Shown piece by piece: positions 12,003-21,242 of a DNA stretch of 64,000 nucleotides (within the stretch, counting starts at the first letter, position 1; every line of letters starts with the position of its first letter). The notes beneath the pieces were generated by a model. It had not been told where the DNA came from and made no database searches. It saw nothing but the letters and a program-made list of their open reading frames with translations. The position numbers and the translations under genes are program-made. Source of the DNA: an uncultured Verrucomicrobiae bacterium (GTDB lineage Bacteria > Verrucomicrobiota > Verrucomicrobiia > Limisphaerales > JAFGQR01); assembly GCA_963788655.1 (NCBI GenBank), contig CAWBHS010000039.1, forward strand, positions 96,001 to 160,000, written 5' to 3'.

Positions 12003-12320
12003 TCATGGAATTTCCAAGTGACAGAATACACCGGGTTGGATGCCCGCGATGGCTTCCTGAAGTTGGCTAGCAGCGGCGAGGATGCGGCGCAGGTCGTTGG
12101 TTGAGAACTCGAGAATGGAAATGCCACGTCCGGCGAGGTTCTGTTGGTATCGAATATTCTGATCGGAAGTGATGAACAGGTCGAACTCGTTTTCTGCTAA
12201 CCGCAGGAGTTCTCCGTTCTTGATACCGCCCCATCCGCGTTTCTGCACAGTCATGCATTCGTGACCGACGAAAAGTCGATGCATCGGCCACGGCACACAC
12301 TCGTCGAGCAGAATCCTCAT
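12003..12320 (-). CDS. PIN-like toxin (DUF5615/VapC45-like)
   Basis: MRILLDECVP...NGELL...FITSDQN; start overlaps the upstream stop (ATGA). Confidence 0.85.
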   Translation of the reverse strand: MRILLDECVPWPMHRLFVGHECMTVQKRGWGGIKNGELLRLAENEFDLFITSDQNIRYQQNLAGRGISILEFSTNDLRRILAAASQLQEAIAGIQPGVFCHLEIP

Positions 12321-12526
12321 GTGGTGAGCAAAGCGGACTCGGAACGTTCCAGGAGTTGGCGGGCCATGTCGCGGGTCACGGATGGGAAGCACTCTAGGAA
12401 TTCCTCGAGGGTGTAGTTGGCCTCGAGATAGTCGAACAGTGTCTTCACCGGGACACGCGTGCCTTTGAACACTGGCATGCCCCCGAGAATATCCGGGTCC
12501 ACGGTGATCAGGTCATTCGCAATCAT
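12317..12526 (-). CDS. DUF433 antitoxin
   Basis: ITVDPDILGGMPVFKGTRVPV...EEFLECFP. Confidence 0.9.
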   Translation of the reverse strand: MIANDLITVDPDILGGMPVFKGTRVPVKTLFDYLEANYTLEEFLECFPSVTRDMARQLLERSESALLTT

Positions 12527-12681
12527 GTCGCCAATCTACCGCATCCGGTGGCTTCCCGTAAACTCTGACCTTTGTTGCTTTGCCTTAGGGCTCCAGTTGA
12601 AGTACGGTTGTAACTTTTTCTTCCTTCGAGGCTCACTTACGGCAGATACGAAATTGAAAACTTGAACGTGGAATTGAGACG

Positions 12682-13032
12682 ATGAGCCAGATTGTTGAAT
12701 TGACGGATAATGGTTTTGAACAGGCGGTGTTGAAGGCGGCTGAACCGGTGCTGGTGGATTTTTACGCGCCCTGGTGCGGGCCGTGCAAAATGTTGGCGCC
12801 CGCGCTGGACGCGCTGGCCGGGGAGTTCGCCGGTCGCGTCAAATTTGCCAAGGTAAACGTGGATGACGCACCGCGCCTGGCCGGGCGCTACGGCATCACT
12901 GGTGTGCCCACGTTGATGTTGTTTCACCAGGGCGAAAAGGTGGACGAAGTGGTGGGCATGGCGCCACCGGCCGCGTTGAAAGCGTGGCTCAACAAAGTCG
13001 CCCAATCGGCGCCAACCGTAATTGCCAATTAA
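12682..13032 (+). CDS. trxA: Thioredoxin
   Basis: VDFYAPWCGPCK, GVPTL. Confidence 0.95.
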   Translation: MSQIVELTDNGFEQAVLKAAEPVLVDFYAPWCGPCKMLAPALDALAGEFAGRVKFAKVNVDDAPRLAGRYGITGVPTLMLFHQGEKVDEVVGMAPPAALKAWLNKVAQSAPTVIAN

Positions 13033-13036
13033 CCCG

Positions 13037-13204
13037 ATGATCCTCCGAATTGTCATCGGGGCCGTCGTGGGCGGTGCGTTGGGGTACGTGCTTTACCGAT
13101 TCGTCGGCTGCTCCACCGGCGCTTGCCCACTAACCAGCAATCCGTGGATCAGCACGATCTATGGAATGGTCGTGGGCGCGATGCTCGCCGGAAGCGTTAA
13201 ATAG
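13037..13204 (+). CDS. Small membrane protein, DUF6132-like
   Basis: Two hydrophobic helices around GCSTGACPLTSNP. Confidence 0.8.
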   Translation: MILRIVIGAVVGGALGYVLYRFVGCSTGACPLTSNPWISTIYGMVVGAMLAGSVK

Positions 13205-13423
13205 GGGTGGCGAGTCAAAAGAGGGCATCGTCGCAAGGGGGATGCGGTGGACGCTTTCAGGAGCGCCGGCGTTTCCGTCGGCCAAACCACATCACAAGGT
13301 CCAATGCGGGTCAACGCCGGTGCTCCATTCGGGATTTCGAGTCCGGTCGGGCTTGACTCCACCAGAATGCTTAGAAATGATTCCGCGCCCAGACGTTTTC
13401 GGCAGATTATCTTATTGATGTAA

Positions 13424-14737
13424 ATGAAGACTTGGCACGTTCTATTAATCGGCGGACTCAGCCTGGCGCTACGAAGTGCCGCAGCCGAGTCCTGGACGCT
13501 GGAAAACGCGTTGACCTATGCCTTGGCCCACAATCCCGATGCGCGTTTGGCATTACATCGCATTGCAGCCGCGCAAGGCGGGTTGCAGCAGGCCAACGCC
13601 GCGTTCATGCCGCAGGTGCAGTTCCAATCAAGCTACATGCGGACTGACAACCCGATGCAGGCCTTTGGCTCGATTCTGAATCAACGTTCCGTGCATCGCG
13701 TGCCGAACTTCGACGATGTGCCGGACGTGGACAATCTCAATTTGCGCGGCCTGGCCTCGGTGCCGCTATACGCCGGCGGGCGGAACGCCGCGGGACGCCA
13801 CGCCGCCAAGGCCTACGAGGCGGCGGCGAAGATGAATTCCGAGGCGATTCGCAATCAGTTGGCTTACGAAGTGTCGCGCGCGTTTTACAATGTTTTGAAG
13901 ACCCGTGAATTCATCCGAGCTACCGAGGCGGGTGTGCGTTCCTTTTCCAATAACTTGGCCATCGCCCAGAAGCGCCTTGACGGCGGCACGCTCCTCAAAT
14001 CGGACGTGCTTGACGTGAAGGTGAGGTTGGCGCAGGCGCGGGAGGATTTAGTGCGCGCCCGCAATGCCTACGCCTTGTCAGAACGTGCGCTGCGTAACTT
14101 GCTGGGGATCGAGCAAGGTGAATTCACCGTGGCCGACACGGCGCCCACGCTGGCTGTCCCCCAGACTGTGGACTACACGCATCGTCCCGAGTTGGCCGCC
14201 AGTTACCAACAGCAACGGGCCGCCGAAGCTGAAGTACGTCGCGCCAAAAGCACGTATTGGCCGAGCGTGAATGCTTTTGGCAGCCTTGACTATGATTACG
14301 GCTGGAGATTTGAAGGCAGCAGCCGGAGTTACACCGCCGGCGTGATGCTGCAATGGAATCTGTGGGACGGGAATCTGACTCGGGGCAAAGTCCGCGAAGC
14401 CAAAGCCAATCTCGAAACCGCGCAGGAAGAAGAGCGCAAACTGCGGCTGGGAATCGACCTGGAAGTCGAGCAAGCCCGCATCCGGCTGCGCGAAGCCAAC
14501 GAACGGCTGGCGGTGACCGAAACCGTGATTGCTCAAGCCCAGGAAAGCGTTGATCTCACGCGCTCGCGGTTTGAGCAAGGCCTGGCGATTTCCACCCAGC
14601 TTATCGATGCTGAAACCGCGCTGGTGGCGGCGCGTGTTCGTCGGGCCGAGGCCGAAGGGGATCAGCGTATTGCCATTGCCGCGCTTCGCAAAGCGCTCGG
14701 TTTGCCGCAGCTTAATTCGACTTCAACGTCCCAATAG
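13424..14737 (+). CDS. TolC-family outer membrane efflux protein
   Basis: Signal peptide, ALAHNP, two OEP-type repeats; in an operon with MFP and RND genes. Confidence 0.9.
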   Translation: MKTWHVLLIGGLSLALRSAAAESWTLENALTYALAHNPDARLALHRIAAAQGGLQQANAAFMPQVQFQSSYMRTDNPMQAFGSILNQRSVHRVPNFDDVPDVDNLNLRGLASVPLYAGGRNAAGRHAAKAYEAAAKMNSEAIRNQLAYEVSRAFYNVLKTREFIRATEAGVRSFSNNLAIAQKRLDGGTLLKSDVLDVKVRLAQAREDLVRARNAYALSERALRNLLGIEQGEFTVADTAPTLAVPQTVDYTHRPELAASYQQQRAAEAEVRRAKSTYWPSVNAFGSLDYDYGWRFEGSSRSYTAGVMLQWNLWDGNLTRGKVREAKANLETAQEEERKLRLGIDLEVEQARIRLREANERLAVTETVIAQAQESVDLTRSRFEQGLAISTQLIDAETALVAARVRRAEAEGDQRIAIAALRKALGLPQLNSTSTSQ

Positions 14738-14740
14738 ATT

Positions 14741-15775
14741 ATGAGCAGACGATTCTTACCTTGGACCGGTTTGGGCGCGTTGGGCGCGGTGCTGATACTC
14801 GCTGGCTGCGAACAAGTCACCCCGCCGCCTTCCACCAATACCTTGCCTCCGGCCACAGTGCGCGCGCAAACGGTGGAAAACAAAAAGCGCGTGGCGACCG
14901 AAGAAGCAGTCGGCACCGTGCGCGCCAAATTGCAGGCCACCATTCAAGCCAAGATCAGCGGGCGGATTATTGATTTGCCGGTGGTGGCGGGCCAGGCCGT
15001 GAAGTCCGGCGACTTGCTGGCCCAGTTGGACGCCGGCGAAATCCAGGCCCGTCTCGAACAAGCCAAGGCGATTCGGGATCAGGCCCAGAGTGATCGGAAG
15101 CGTTATGAAAATCTGCTGAAGCAAAATGCCGTCACCCAACAGGAGTACGATGCGGTGGAATCGCGCTATCGGGTGGCCGCTGCGTCGGTTACGGAAGCCG
15201 AAACCATGCTGAATTACGCCCGGGTGGAGGCGCCGTTCGACGGCGTCATCAGCCGCAAATTCATGGATGTGGGCGATCTCGCGTCACCAGGGCGGCCTTT
15301 GCTGCTGCTGGAAGCGCCGAAGGCCTTGCGGTTTGAGACCGACATTTCCGAGGGGCTCATTGGTCAAGTTCGCGTCGGCCAGAAAATGAATATTCGCGTC
15401 AGCCCTTCGGCCAACCCCATTGAAGGAACCGTCAGCGAAGTCGCACCAACCTCCGACCCGAACAGTCGGACCTTCCGCGTGAAGTTGGATGTGCCCACGG
15501 CGCCCGGATTGCGCATCGGCCAGTTTGGCCGGGCGGAGGTGCCGGTGGGCGAATCCGTCTCTGCCCGCGTGCCGGTTTCGGCGGTGGTGCGACGCGGGCA
15601 AATGGAAATGGTCTTTGTGATCAAAGATCAGGCGGCGCAGTTGCGATTGGTGAAGACGGGCCGGCAGCTCGGTGACGAGATTGAAATCCTCTCCGGCCTG
15701 AATCCCGGCGAGCAAGTGGCGATTACGGGTGCCGAGACGCTGATTGATGGCCAGCCGGTAAGGGTGGAGAAGTGA
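14741..15775 (+). CDS. RND periplasmic adaptor (membrane fusion protein), lipoprotein
   Basis: Lipobox LAGC, lipoyl halves (ISGRI...VKSGDLLAQLD; APFDGVI), GLNPGEQV. Confidence 0.92.
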   Translation: MSRRFLPWTGLGALGAVLILAGCEQVTPPPSTNTLPPATVRAQTVENKKRVATEEAVGTVRAKLQATIQAKISGRIIDLPVVAGQAVKSGDLLAQLDAGEIQARLEQAKAIRDQAQSDRKRYENLLKQNAVTQQEYDAVESRYRVAAASVTEAETMLNYARVEAPFDGVISRKFMDVGDLASPGRPLLLLEAPKALRFETDISEGLIGQVRVGQKMNIRVSPSANPIEGTVSEVAPTSDPNSRTFRVKLDVPTAPGLRIGQFGRAEVPVGESVSARVPVSAVVRRGQMEMVFVIKDQAAQLRLVKTGRQLGDEIEILSGLNPGEQVAITGAETLIDGQPVRVEK

Positions 15776-15864
15776 TGACAGGCTTGCTTAAGAAACCGCA
15801 CGAGGCTCGACGTTCTCCAGTAGTGCAGATTTTGAATGAGCGGCTAGCGCTGGCGCGGCAGCGT

Positions 15865-15946
15865 TTTGGAGTGCGGCCGTCCTCTGCCGCTTTCGAACGC
15901 ACGGAACCTTCGAAAGCGGCAGAGGACGGCCGCACTCCAAGACCTG
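15865..15946. repeat. REP doublet family A, copy 2
   Basis: ttggagtgcggccgtcctctgccgctttcga ... tcgaaagcggcagaggacggccgcactccaa. Confidence 0.8.
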
Positions 15947-16093
15947 GCGGCTATTCGCAGGGCGTCTTGAGCAAACAACCCGATGGGGCTTCTCCGCGCA
16001 GCCTGTTGAGCTTCTTGAAAGATCCAATCCCCAGCGCCGACCTGCCTCGGCAGGCTGCCCACGTCTGCCAATACTTCGGTTCTCCTGATTAGA

Positions 16094-19000
16094 ATGAAAT
16101 CTTCCCCCGACGATCAATCCACCGCCCATCTTGGCCTCGCCGGCCGGGTGGCCCAGGCGTTCATCGATTCCAAGCTCACGCCCCTCGTGGTGTTCACGTC
16201 GATCCTGCTGGGCGTGGGCGCCACCATTCTGCTGCCCCGCGAGGAAGAACCGCAGATCAAGGTGCCCATGATCGATGTGATGGTCGCCGCGCCCGGCTCC
16301 AGCTCGAAGGAAGTCGAGGAGCGGGTGACTCGGCCCATGGAGAAGCTGCTGTGGGAAATCAAAGGCGTGGAATACATTTATTCCACGTCCCGGCCCGGAC
16401 AGAGCCTGGTGATTGTGCGGTTCAAGGTGGGCGAAGACATCGAGAAGAGCCTCGTCAAACTCAACCAGAAATTGCAGTCGAACTTCGACCGGATACCACA
16501 CGGCGTCTCGATGCCGCTGGTCAAGCCCAAGTCGATTGATGACGTACCCATTCTGACGCTCACCCTGCACAGCACCAACCAGGATCACCTGACGCTGCGG
16601 CGGTTGGCCGCCCAATTGGATGATGCCGTGAAGCAAGTGCCGCAGGTCGCCGAGACGATGATCATCGGCGGCGAACGGCGGCAAGTGCGGGTGCTGCTGG
16701 ACCCGGTGCGCCTGGCGTCGCGCAACCTGACGGTTGTGGGGATTGTGCCGATGCTGATGCAGGCCAACCGCCAGACTTATTCCGGCGGCCTTACCACCGA
16801 CAACCAAGAAGTCGTGGTCGAAACCGGCGGCTTTCTCGAAAACGCCCGCGAAGTGGGCAATGTCGTCGTGGGTGTCTATGCCGGCAAGCCCGTTTACCTG
16901 CGAGAAGTGGCGAACATCATCGATGGCGGGGAAGAGCCGTCGCAGTATGTCTTCTACGGTTCCGGCGCTGCCGAGTCGAACCTCGCCAATGAACAACCGG
17001 CCGTAACGCTGACGATCGCCAAACGCCCTGGTGCCAATGCCATCACTGTCGTGGACAAAGTGCTCAGCAAGGTCAACGAGGTCCGCGAGCATTTTATTCC
17101 GGCGGACGTGGACATCACCGTCACGCGCAACTACGGCGAAACCTCTTTGGAGAAATCCAACGAACTGCTCTATCACATGGGCATCGCCGTGCTGAGCGTG
17201 TCGTTCCTGATTCTCCTGACGTTGGGCTGGCGGGAATCCTGCATCGTTGCCATCGCCATTCCTACCACGCTGGCGCTGACGCTGCTGGTGTTTTATCTCT
17301 ATGGCTACACGTTGAACCGTATCACGCTCTTCGCCTTGATCTTCTCCATCGGCATTCTGGTGGATGACGCCATTGTGGTGGTCGAAAACATCGTGCGCCA
17401 TTTCCACCTGCCCGGCAGCAAAGGACGCAATTGGTCCACGATCGCTGTCGAGGCGGTGAGCGAGGTGGGCAACCCGACGATCCTGGCAACGTTCGCCGTC
17501 ATTGCGGCGGTGCTGCCGATGGCGTTCGTGGGCGGCTTGATGGGCCCGTACATGCGGCCCATTCCGATTGGTTCCAGCGCGGCGATGCTGTTCTCGCTGG
17601 CCATTTCCTTCATGGTGACACCGTGGGCGGCCATCCGCGTTTTGAAATGGGGCAAAAAGCAAAAGGTCAGCGAATCAGGTGCCGAAGCCGAAGCCGCAGC
17701 GCATGGTCACGAGGCGACTGAGGAAAGTTTTTTTGCCCGGTCCTATCGCAAGCTGATGACGCCCTTGATCGAACATCGCGGTTGGCGCTGGGCTTTCTTG
17801 GTAGTTCTGGCCGTATTGCTCATGGCCGCGATGTCCACCGTGGCGCTTGGTTGGGTGAAGGTGAAGATGTTGCCGTTCGACAACAAGAGCGAGTTTCAGA
17901 TCATCCTCAACCTGCCCGAAGGCAGTTCGCTGGAGAAGACCGCCGAGGCCGCGCGGGCGATTGCTGCGACGGTGCGAACGGCGCCGGAAGTGGTCGATTA
18001 CCAGGTCTATGTGGGTACGGCGGCGCCATTTAATTTCAACGGACTGGTGCGGCATTATTTCCTGCGGTCGGGTGCCAATATCGCCGACCTGCAAATCAAC
18101 CTGGTCGGCAAACATGCGCGTTCCGCGCAGAGCCACGAAATCGTCAAACGTCTGCGGCCACTCGTGGATGACGTGCTCAAGCAATATCCCGGCGCGCGCG
18201 CCGCGCTGGCGGAAGTGCCGCCCGGTCCGCCGGTGTTGCAGACGCTGGTTGCGGAAGTCTATGGGCCCAACGAACAAGACCGGCTTAAACTGGCGGGGAA
18301 GATCGTGGACATCCTCAAGGAGACGGATGGAGTAGTGGACGTGGATTATTACATCGAAGCGGACCAGCCCAAGGCGCGGTTCGTGGTGGACAAAGCCAAG
18401 GCGGCGTTGAACGGCATCAGCACCGAAACGATTGACCAAACGCTGAGCATTGCCGTCGGCGGCCGCTCCATCGATCTCGTCCACAAGCCGCGGGAGAAGG
18501 AGGACGTTGATTTGTTTTTGAAGGTTCCCCGCACGTCGCGCACCACGCCGGAAGACTTGCTCGCGTTGCGGGTGCGCAGCGGTGATGCCAATGCCCTGCC
18601 CGAACCCGGCGCCGCGGGCGGGGCGCCGCCCTTGGTGCCGTTGCGTGAATTGGTCACCATCGAAAACACCCTGGCGGACAAAAGCATTTACCACAAGAAC
18701 CTGATGCCGGTGCGTTACGTCCTCGGCGACGTGGCCGGAGTGATTGAAAGTCCGGGGTATGCCATCTTTAAGATGAACCACGACCTCGACCAATTGGACG
18801 CCCGCGACTACGGCGGCACGCAGGCGAAGCTCAAGATCCTCAATTATGCGCAGCCGTTCACCGACTTCCAACCCACGGTGAAATGGGATGGCGAATGGCA
18901 CATTACCATCGAAGTGTTCCGCGATCTCGGACTGGCTTTTGCGGCGGTGCTGATCTTGATCTACGTGCTGATGGTGGGTTGGTTCAAGTCGTTCTTCACG

Positions 19001-19420
19001 CCGTTGATTGTGATGGTCGTCATTCCGTTTTCGTTGATCGGCATCCTGCCGGCGCACGGATTGTTGAATGCCTTCTTCACGGCCACGTCGATGATCGGCT
19101 TCATGGCGGGCGCGGGCATCGTGGTGCGGAATTCGATCATCCTGGTGGACTTCATCGAACTGCGGCTGGCCGAAGGCTTGTCGCTGCACGACGCGGTGAT
19201 CGAAGCCGGCATGATCCGGTTCCGCCCGATCATGCTCACGGCGATGGCCGTGGTGGTGGGTGCGGCGGTGATTCTGTTCGATCCGATTTTCCAGGGCCTG
19301 GCCCTTTCGCTCATGGCGGGCGGCGTGGTGTCGATGCTGATCAGCCCGGTTGTGGTGCCGGTGCTGTACTACATGAGTCATTCACGGAAGGCAGTGAAGG
19401 GGGGAAGGGGGGAAGGGTGA
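16094..19420 (+). CDS. RND efflux permease (AcrB/CusA superfamily)
   Basis: [25 protein letters not shown]-type transmembrane pattern, 1108 aa. Confidence 0.95.
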   Translation: MKSSPDDQSTAHLGLAGRVAQAFIDSKLTPLVVFTSILLGVGATILLPREEEPQIKVPMIDVMVAAPGSSSKEVEERVTRPMEKLLWEIKGVEYIYSTSRPGQSLVIVRFKVGEDIEKSLVKLNQKLQSNFDRIPHGVSMPLVKPKSIDDVPILTLTLHSTNQDHLTLRRLAAQLDDAVKQVPQVAETMIIGGERRQVRVLLDPVRLASRNLTVVGIVPMLMQANRQTYSGGLTTDNQEVVVETGGFLENAREVGNVVVGVYAGKPVYLREVANIIDGGEEPSQYVFYGSGAAESNLANEQPAVTLTIAKRPGANAITVVDKVLSKVNEVREHFIPADVDITVTRNYGETSLEKSNELLYHMGIAVLSVSFLILLTLGWRESCIVAIAIPTTLALTLLVFYLYGYTLNRITLFALIFSIGILVDDAIVVVENIVRHFHLPGSKGRNWSTIAVEAVSEVGNPTILATFAVIAAVLPMAFVGGLMGPYMRPIPIGSSAAMLFSLAISFMVTPWAAIRVLKWGKKQKVSESGAEAEAAAHGHEATEESFFARSYRKLMTPLIEHRGWRWAFLVVLAVLLMAAMSTVALGWVKVKMLPFDNKSEFQIILNLPEGSSLEKTAEAARAIAATVRTAPEVVDYQVYVGTAAPFNFNGLVRHYFLRSGANIADLQINLVGKHARSAQSHEIVKRLRPLVDDVLKQYPGARAALAEVPPGPPVLQTLVAEVYGPNEQDRLKLAGKIVDILKETDGVVDVDYYIEADQPKARFVVDKAKAALNGISTETIDQTLSIAVGGRSIDLVHKPREKEDVDLFLKVPRTSRTTPEDLLALRVRSGDANALPEPGAAGGAPPLVPLRELVTIENTLADKSIYHKNLMPVRYVLGDVAGVIESPGYAIFKMNHDLDQLDARDYGGTQAKLKILNYAQPFTDFQPTVKWDGEWHITIEVFRDLGLAFAAVLILIYVLMVGWFKSFFTPLIVMVVIPFSLIGILPAHGLLNAFFTATSMIGFMAGAGIVVRNSIILVDFIELRLAEGLSLHDAVIEAGMIRFRPIMLTAMAVVVGAAVILFDPIFQGLALSLMAGGVVSMLISPVVVPVLYYMSHSRKAVKGGRGEG

Positions 19421-19737
19421 AGGCGTGAAGCGTGATGGGATGAAGCGTGAAAGTGGTGGCAGGCATGTGCGGATTGCAGAGGCAGTCTGAGTTTCGATGC
19501 GCAGCTTTCAGTGGCCATTTTGGAACGGGGCGCCGTTAATCGCGCAAGTTTCTAGCACTACAGCGACACTTTCACAAATAGGCACGCGGCCTTTAGGCCG
19601 CTTCAAGCACCCAAGGCCAACCAGCGGTTTGCGGGATAGGACCGTGAAGCGGCGTAACCGCCGCGCTCCTGCCGCGTTCGCCCGAACTTTCGCCGCAGTT
19701 TTAGAGTGCGTCCGGCTTGGCGGCGTTACCCAAAATA

Positions 19738-19772
19738 AAAGCAAAGGCCCCGACGGATCGGGGCCTTTGCAA
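19738..19772. terminator. Probable terminator between convergent genes
   Basis: Hairpin gcaaaggccccga-cgga-tcggggcctttgc preceded by an A tract (U tract on the minus strand). Confidence 0.7.
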
Positions 19773-19800
19773 TTCTTGGATGGCTGATGAGCGAGCCGGC

Positions 19801-21078
19801 TTATTTGGCTTCCTGGAGAAAGACGAACACGCCCTTCTTGTTGCCGACGATCACGTCCGGTCGTTTGTCGCCGTTCAGGTCGGCGGCGGCGACTTGCGTG
19901 CCTACGCCGGAGTCGTTGTCGATCAGGTGCGGGATGAATTTCGCGGTCTTGTCCGCACTACGAACTGTCTGAAACCAATAGAGCACGGCCGGGGCGTTGG
20001 GTTCTTCATCGCCTTCCGGTCCATGGGCCCAAAACCGTTTGCCGACGACGAAGTCTTTCACGCCGTCGCCGTTCATGTCCACCAGATCAATAGCGTGTGG
20101 TTGCGAGAATTTCACTCCGTAGGCATTATCCTCGGGTTTCTTGCCCATGATGAGATGTTGCTTGAAGCTGATCTTGCCGTCGGCTTTGATTTGCTCATAC
20201 CAAGCCAAGCCATAACCGTGGGGGGCCAGCGCCGTCAGCACGTCGTTCAAGCCGTCGCCATTGAAATCGTAGGCATACATTTGGGAACTGCCGGTGCCGG
20301 GAGCAAACGGAAACGGATGATTCGCCCAAACGGGATCTCCAGCTAGTGAAGCCGGTTGCTCCCACCAGCCATTGGCTTCAATGATGTCCGCGCGCCCGTC
20401 GCCGTTCACGTCGCCAAAGCCCAGCCCGTGCGTGTACCGCTGCCAGGGGCCTTTCGGCGTGATCGCATGCCAGGTCCAGGGCTGATCGGGATGACTCCAA
20501 TCCGGCGAGGCATAACCGAAATAGCCACCGGAGTTGCAAATAATTTCCGGTTTCTCGTCCCCGGTCAGATCGCCAAAGGCCGGCGACTCATTGTCCAGCA
20601 CGTCGATGGCTTTGTGCGGCGCCCAATGCTCGTTGCCGTCGTCGTTCTTTTTGCCCTGTGGATTCTCATACCAAAAGACCGCTGTGCCGGGAAATCCATA
20701 CACGATGATGTCATCCCAACCGTCTTGGTTGAAATCATAGACAAAGGTCAAAAAGTCGTCCGAGTAATCATTTTCATGTCCCAGTGCGCCCTTGTAACCG
20801 GGGATCGTGATCTCGGTGCCGTCGGACTTTTTGATCTTCGATGTTTTGGTGGCGGGACGGAACTCGTGCCGTTGTTTGAAATCCGGCCCAGCCCACCAGA
20901 ACGGACCGCCGCACACGTCCTGGACGCCGTCGTGATTGAAATCGCCATAATAGGCGCCTTCGCACCAGAACTGATCGGTAATTTGGATCATACGAAATGT
21001 GTCAGCGCCTTGGTCGGCCGCCTGCGCCAATGCGCCCGCCAGAACAATGCCCGCGATAGCCAGTGAGAATTTCATCAT
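19801..21078 (-). CDS. Secreted FG-GAP/VCBS repeat beta-propeller protein
   Basis: Signal peptide; repeated DxNxDGxxD motifs. Confidence 0.9.
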   Translation of the reverse strand: MMKFSLAIAGIVLAGALAQAADQGADTFRMIQITDQFWCEGAYYGDFNHDGVQDVCGGPFWWAGPDFKQRHEFRPATKTSKIKKSDGTEITIPGYKGALGHENDYSDDFLTFVYDFNQDGWDDIIVYGFPGTAVFWYENPQGKKNDDGNEHWAPHKAIDVLDNESPAFGDLTGDEKPEIICNSGGYFGYASPDWSHPDQPWTWHAITPKGPWQRYTHGLGFGDVNGDGRADIIEANGWWEQPASLAGDPVWANHPFPFAPGTGSSQMYAYDFNGDGLNDVLTALAPHGYGLAWYEQIKADGKISFKQHLIMGKKPEDNAYGVKFSQPHAIDLVDMNGDGVKDFVVGKRFWAHGPEGDEEPNAPAVLYWFQTVRSADKTAKFIPHLIDNDSGVGTQVAAADLNGDKRPDVIVGNKKGVFVFLQEAK

Positions 21079-21242
21079 GGGAAATGGATGCCAGGTTTAA
21101 GCGTGTGGGTCAAGCGGGATGGAAGGCGGAAGAAAAAGTTGATGAGTTGAACCGTTGAAGAGTTATGAGGTCGTGCAGCGACTCGTGGCCGTAGCAAGTT
21201 AGTGATCGAACCCGGTGCTGCTTGCGGCCCTCGGCATTCGGT

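Noticed and set aside
15772..16092. 106-aa ORF between MFP and RND, and similar ORFs at 27453, 43664, 47472-47817 and 56726-57195
   Set aside because: They are translations of palindromic repeats with no protein-family features.
15788..19381. Long antisense ORFs (also 21509-23089, 51189-52814, 57723-59177, 61530-63104)
   Set aside because: Shadow ORFs opposite well-supported genes, expected in high-GC DNA.
19395..19455. Purine-rich heptamer run (gtgaagg/gggaagg/gtgaagc) at the RND gene end
   Set aside because: A short degenerate simple repeat with no evidence of function.
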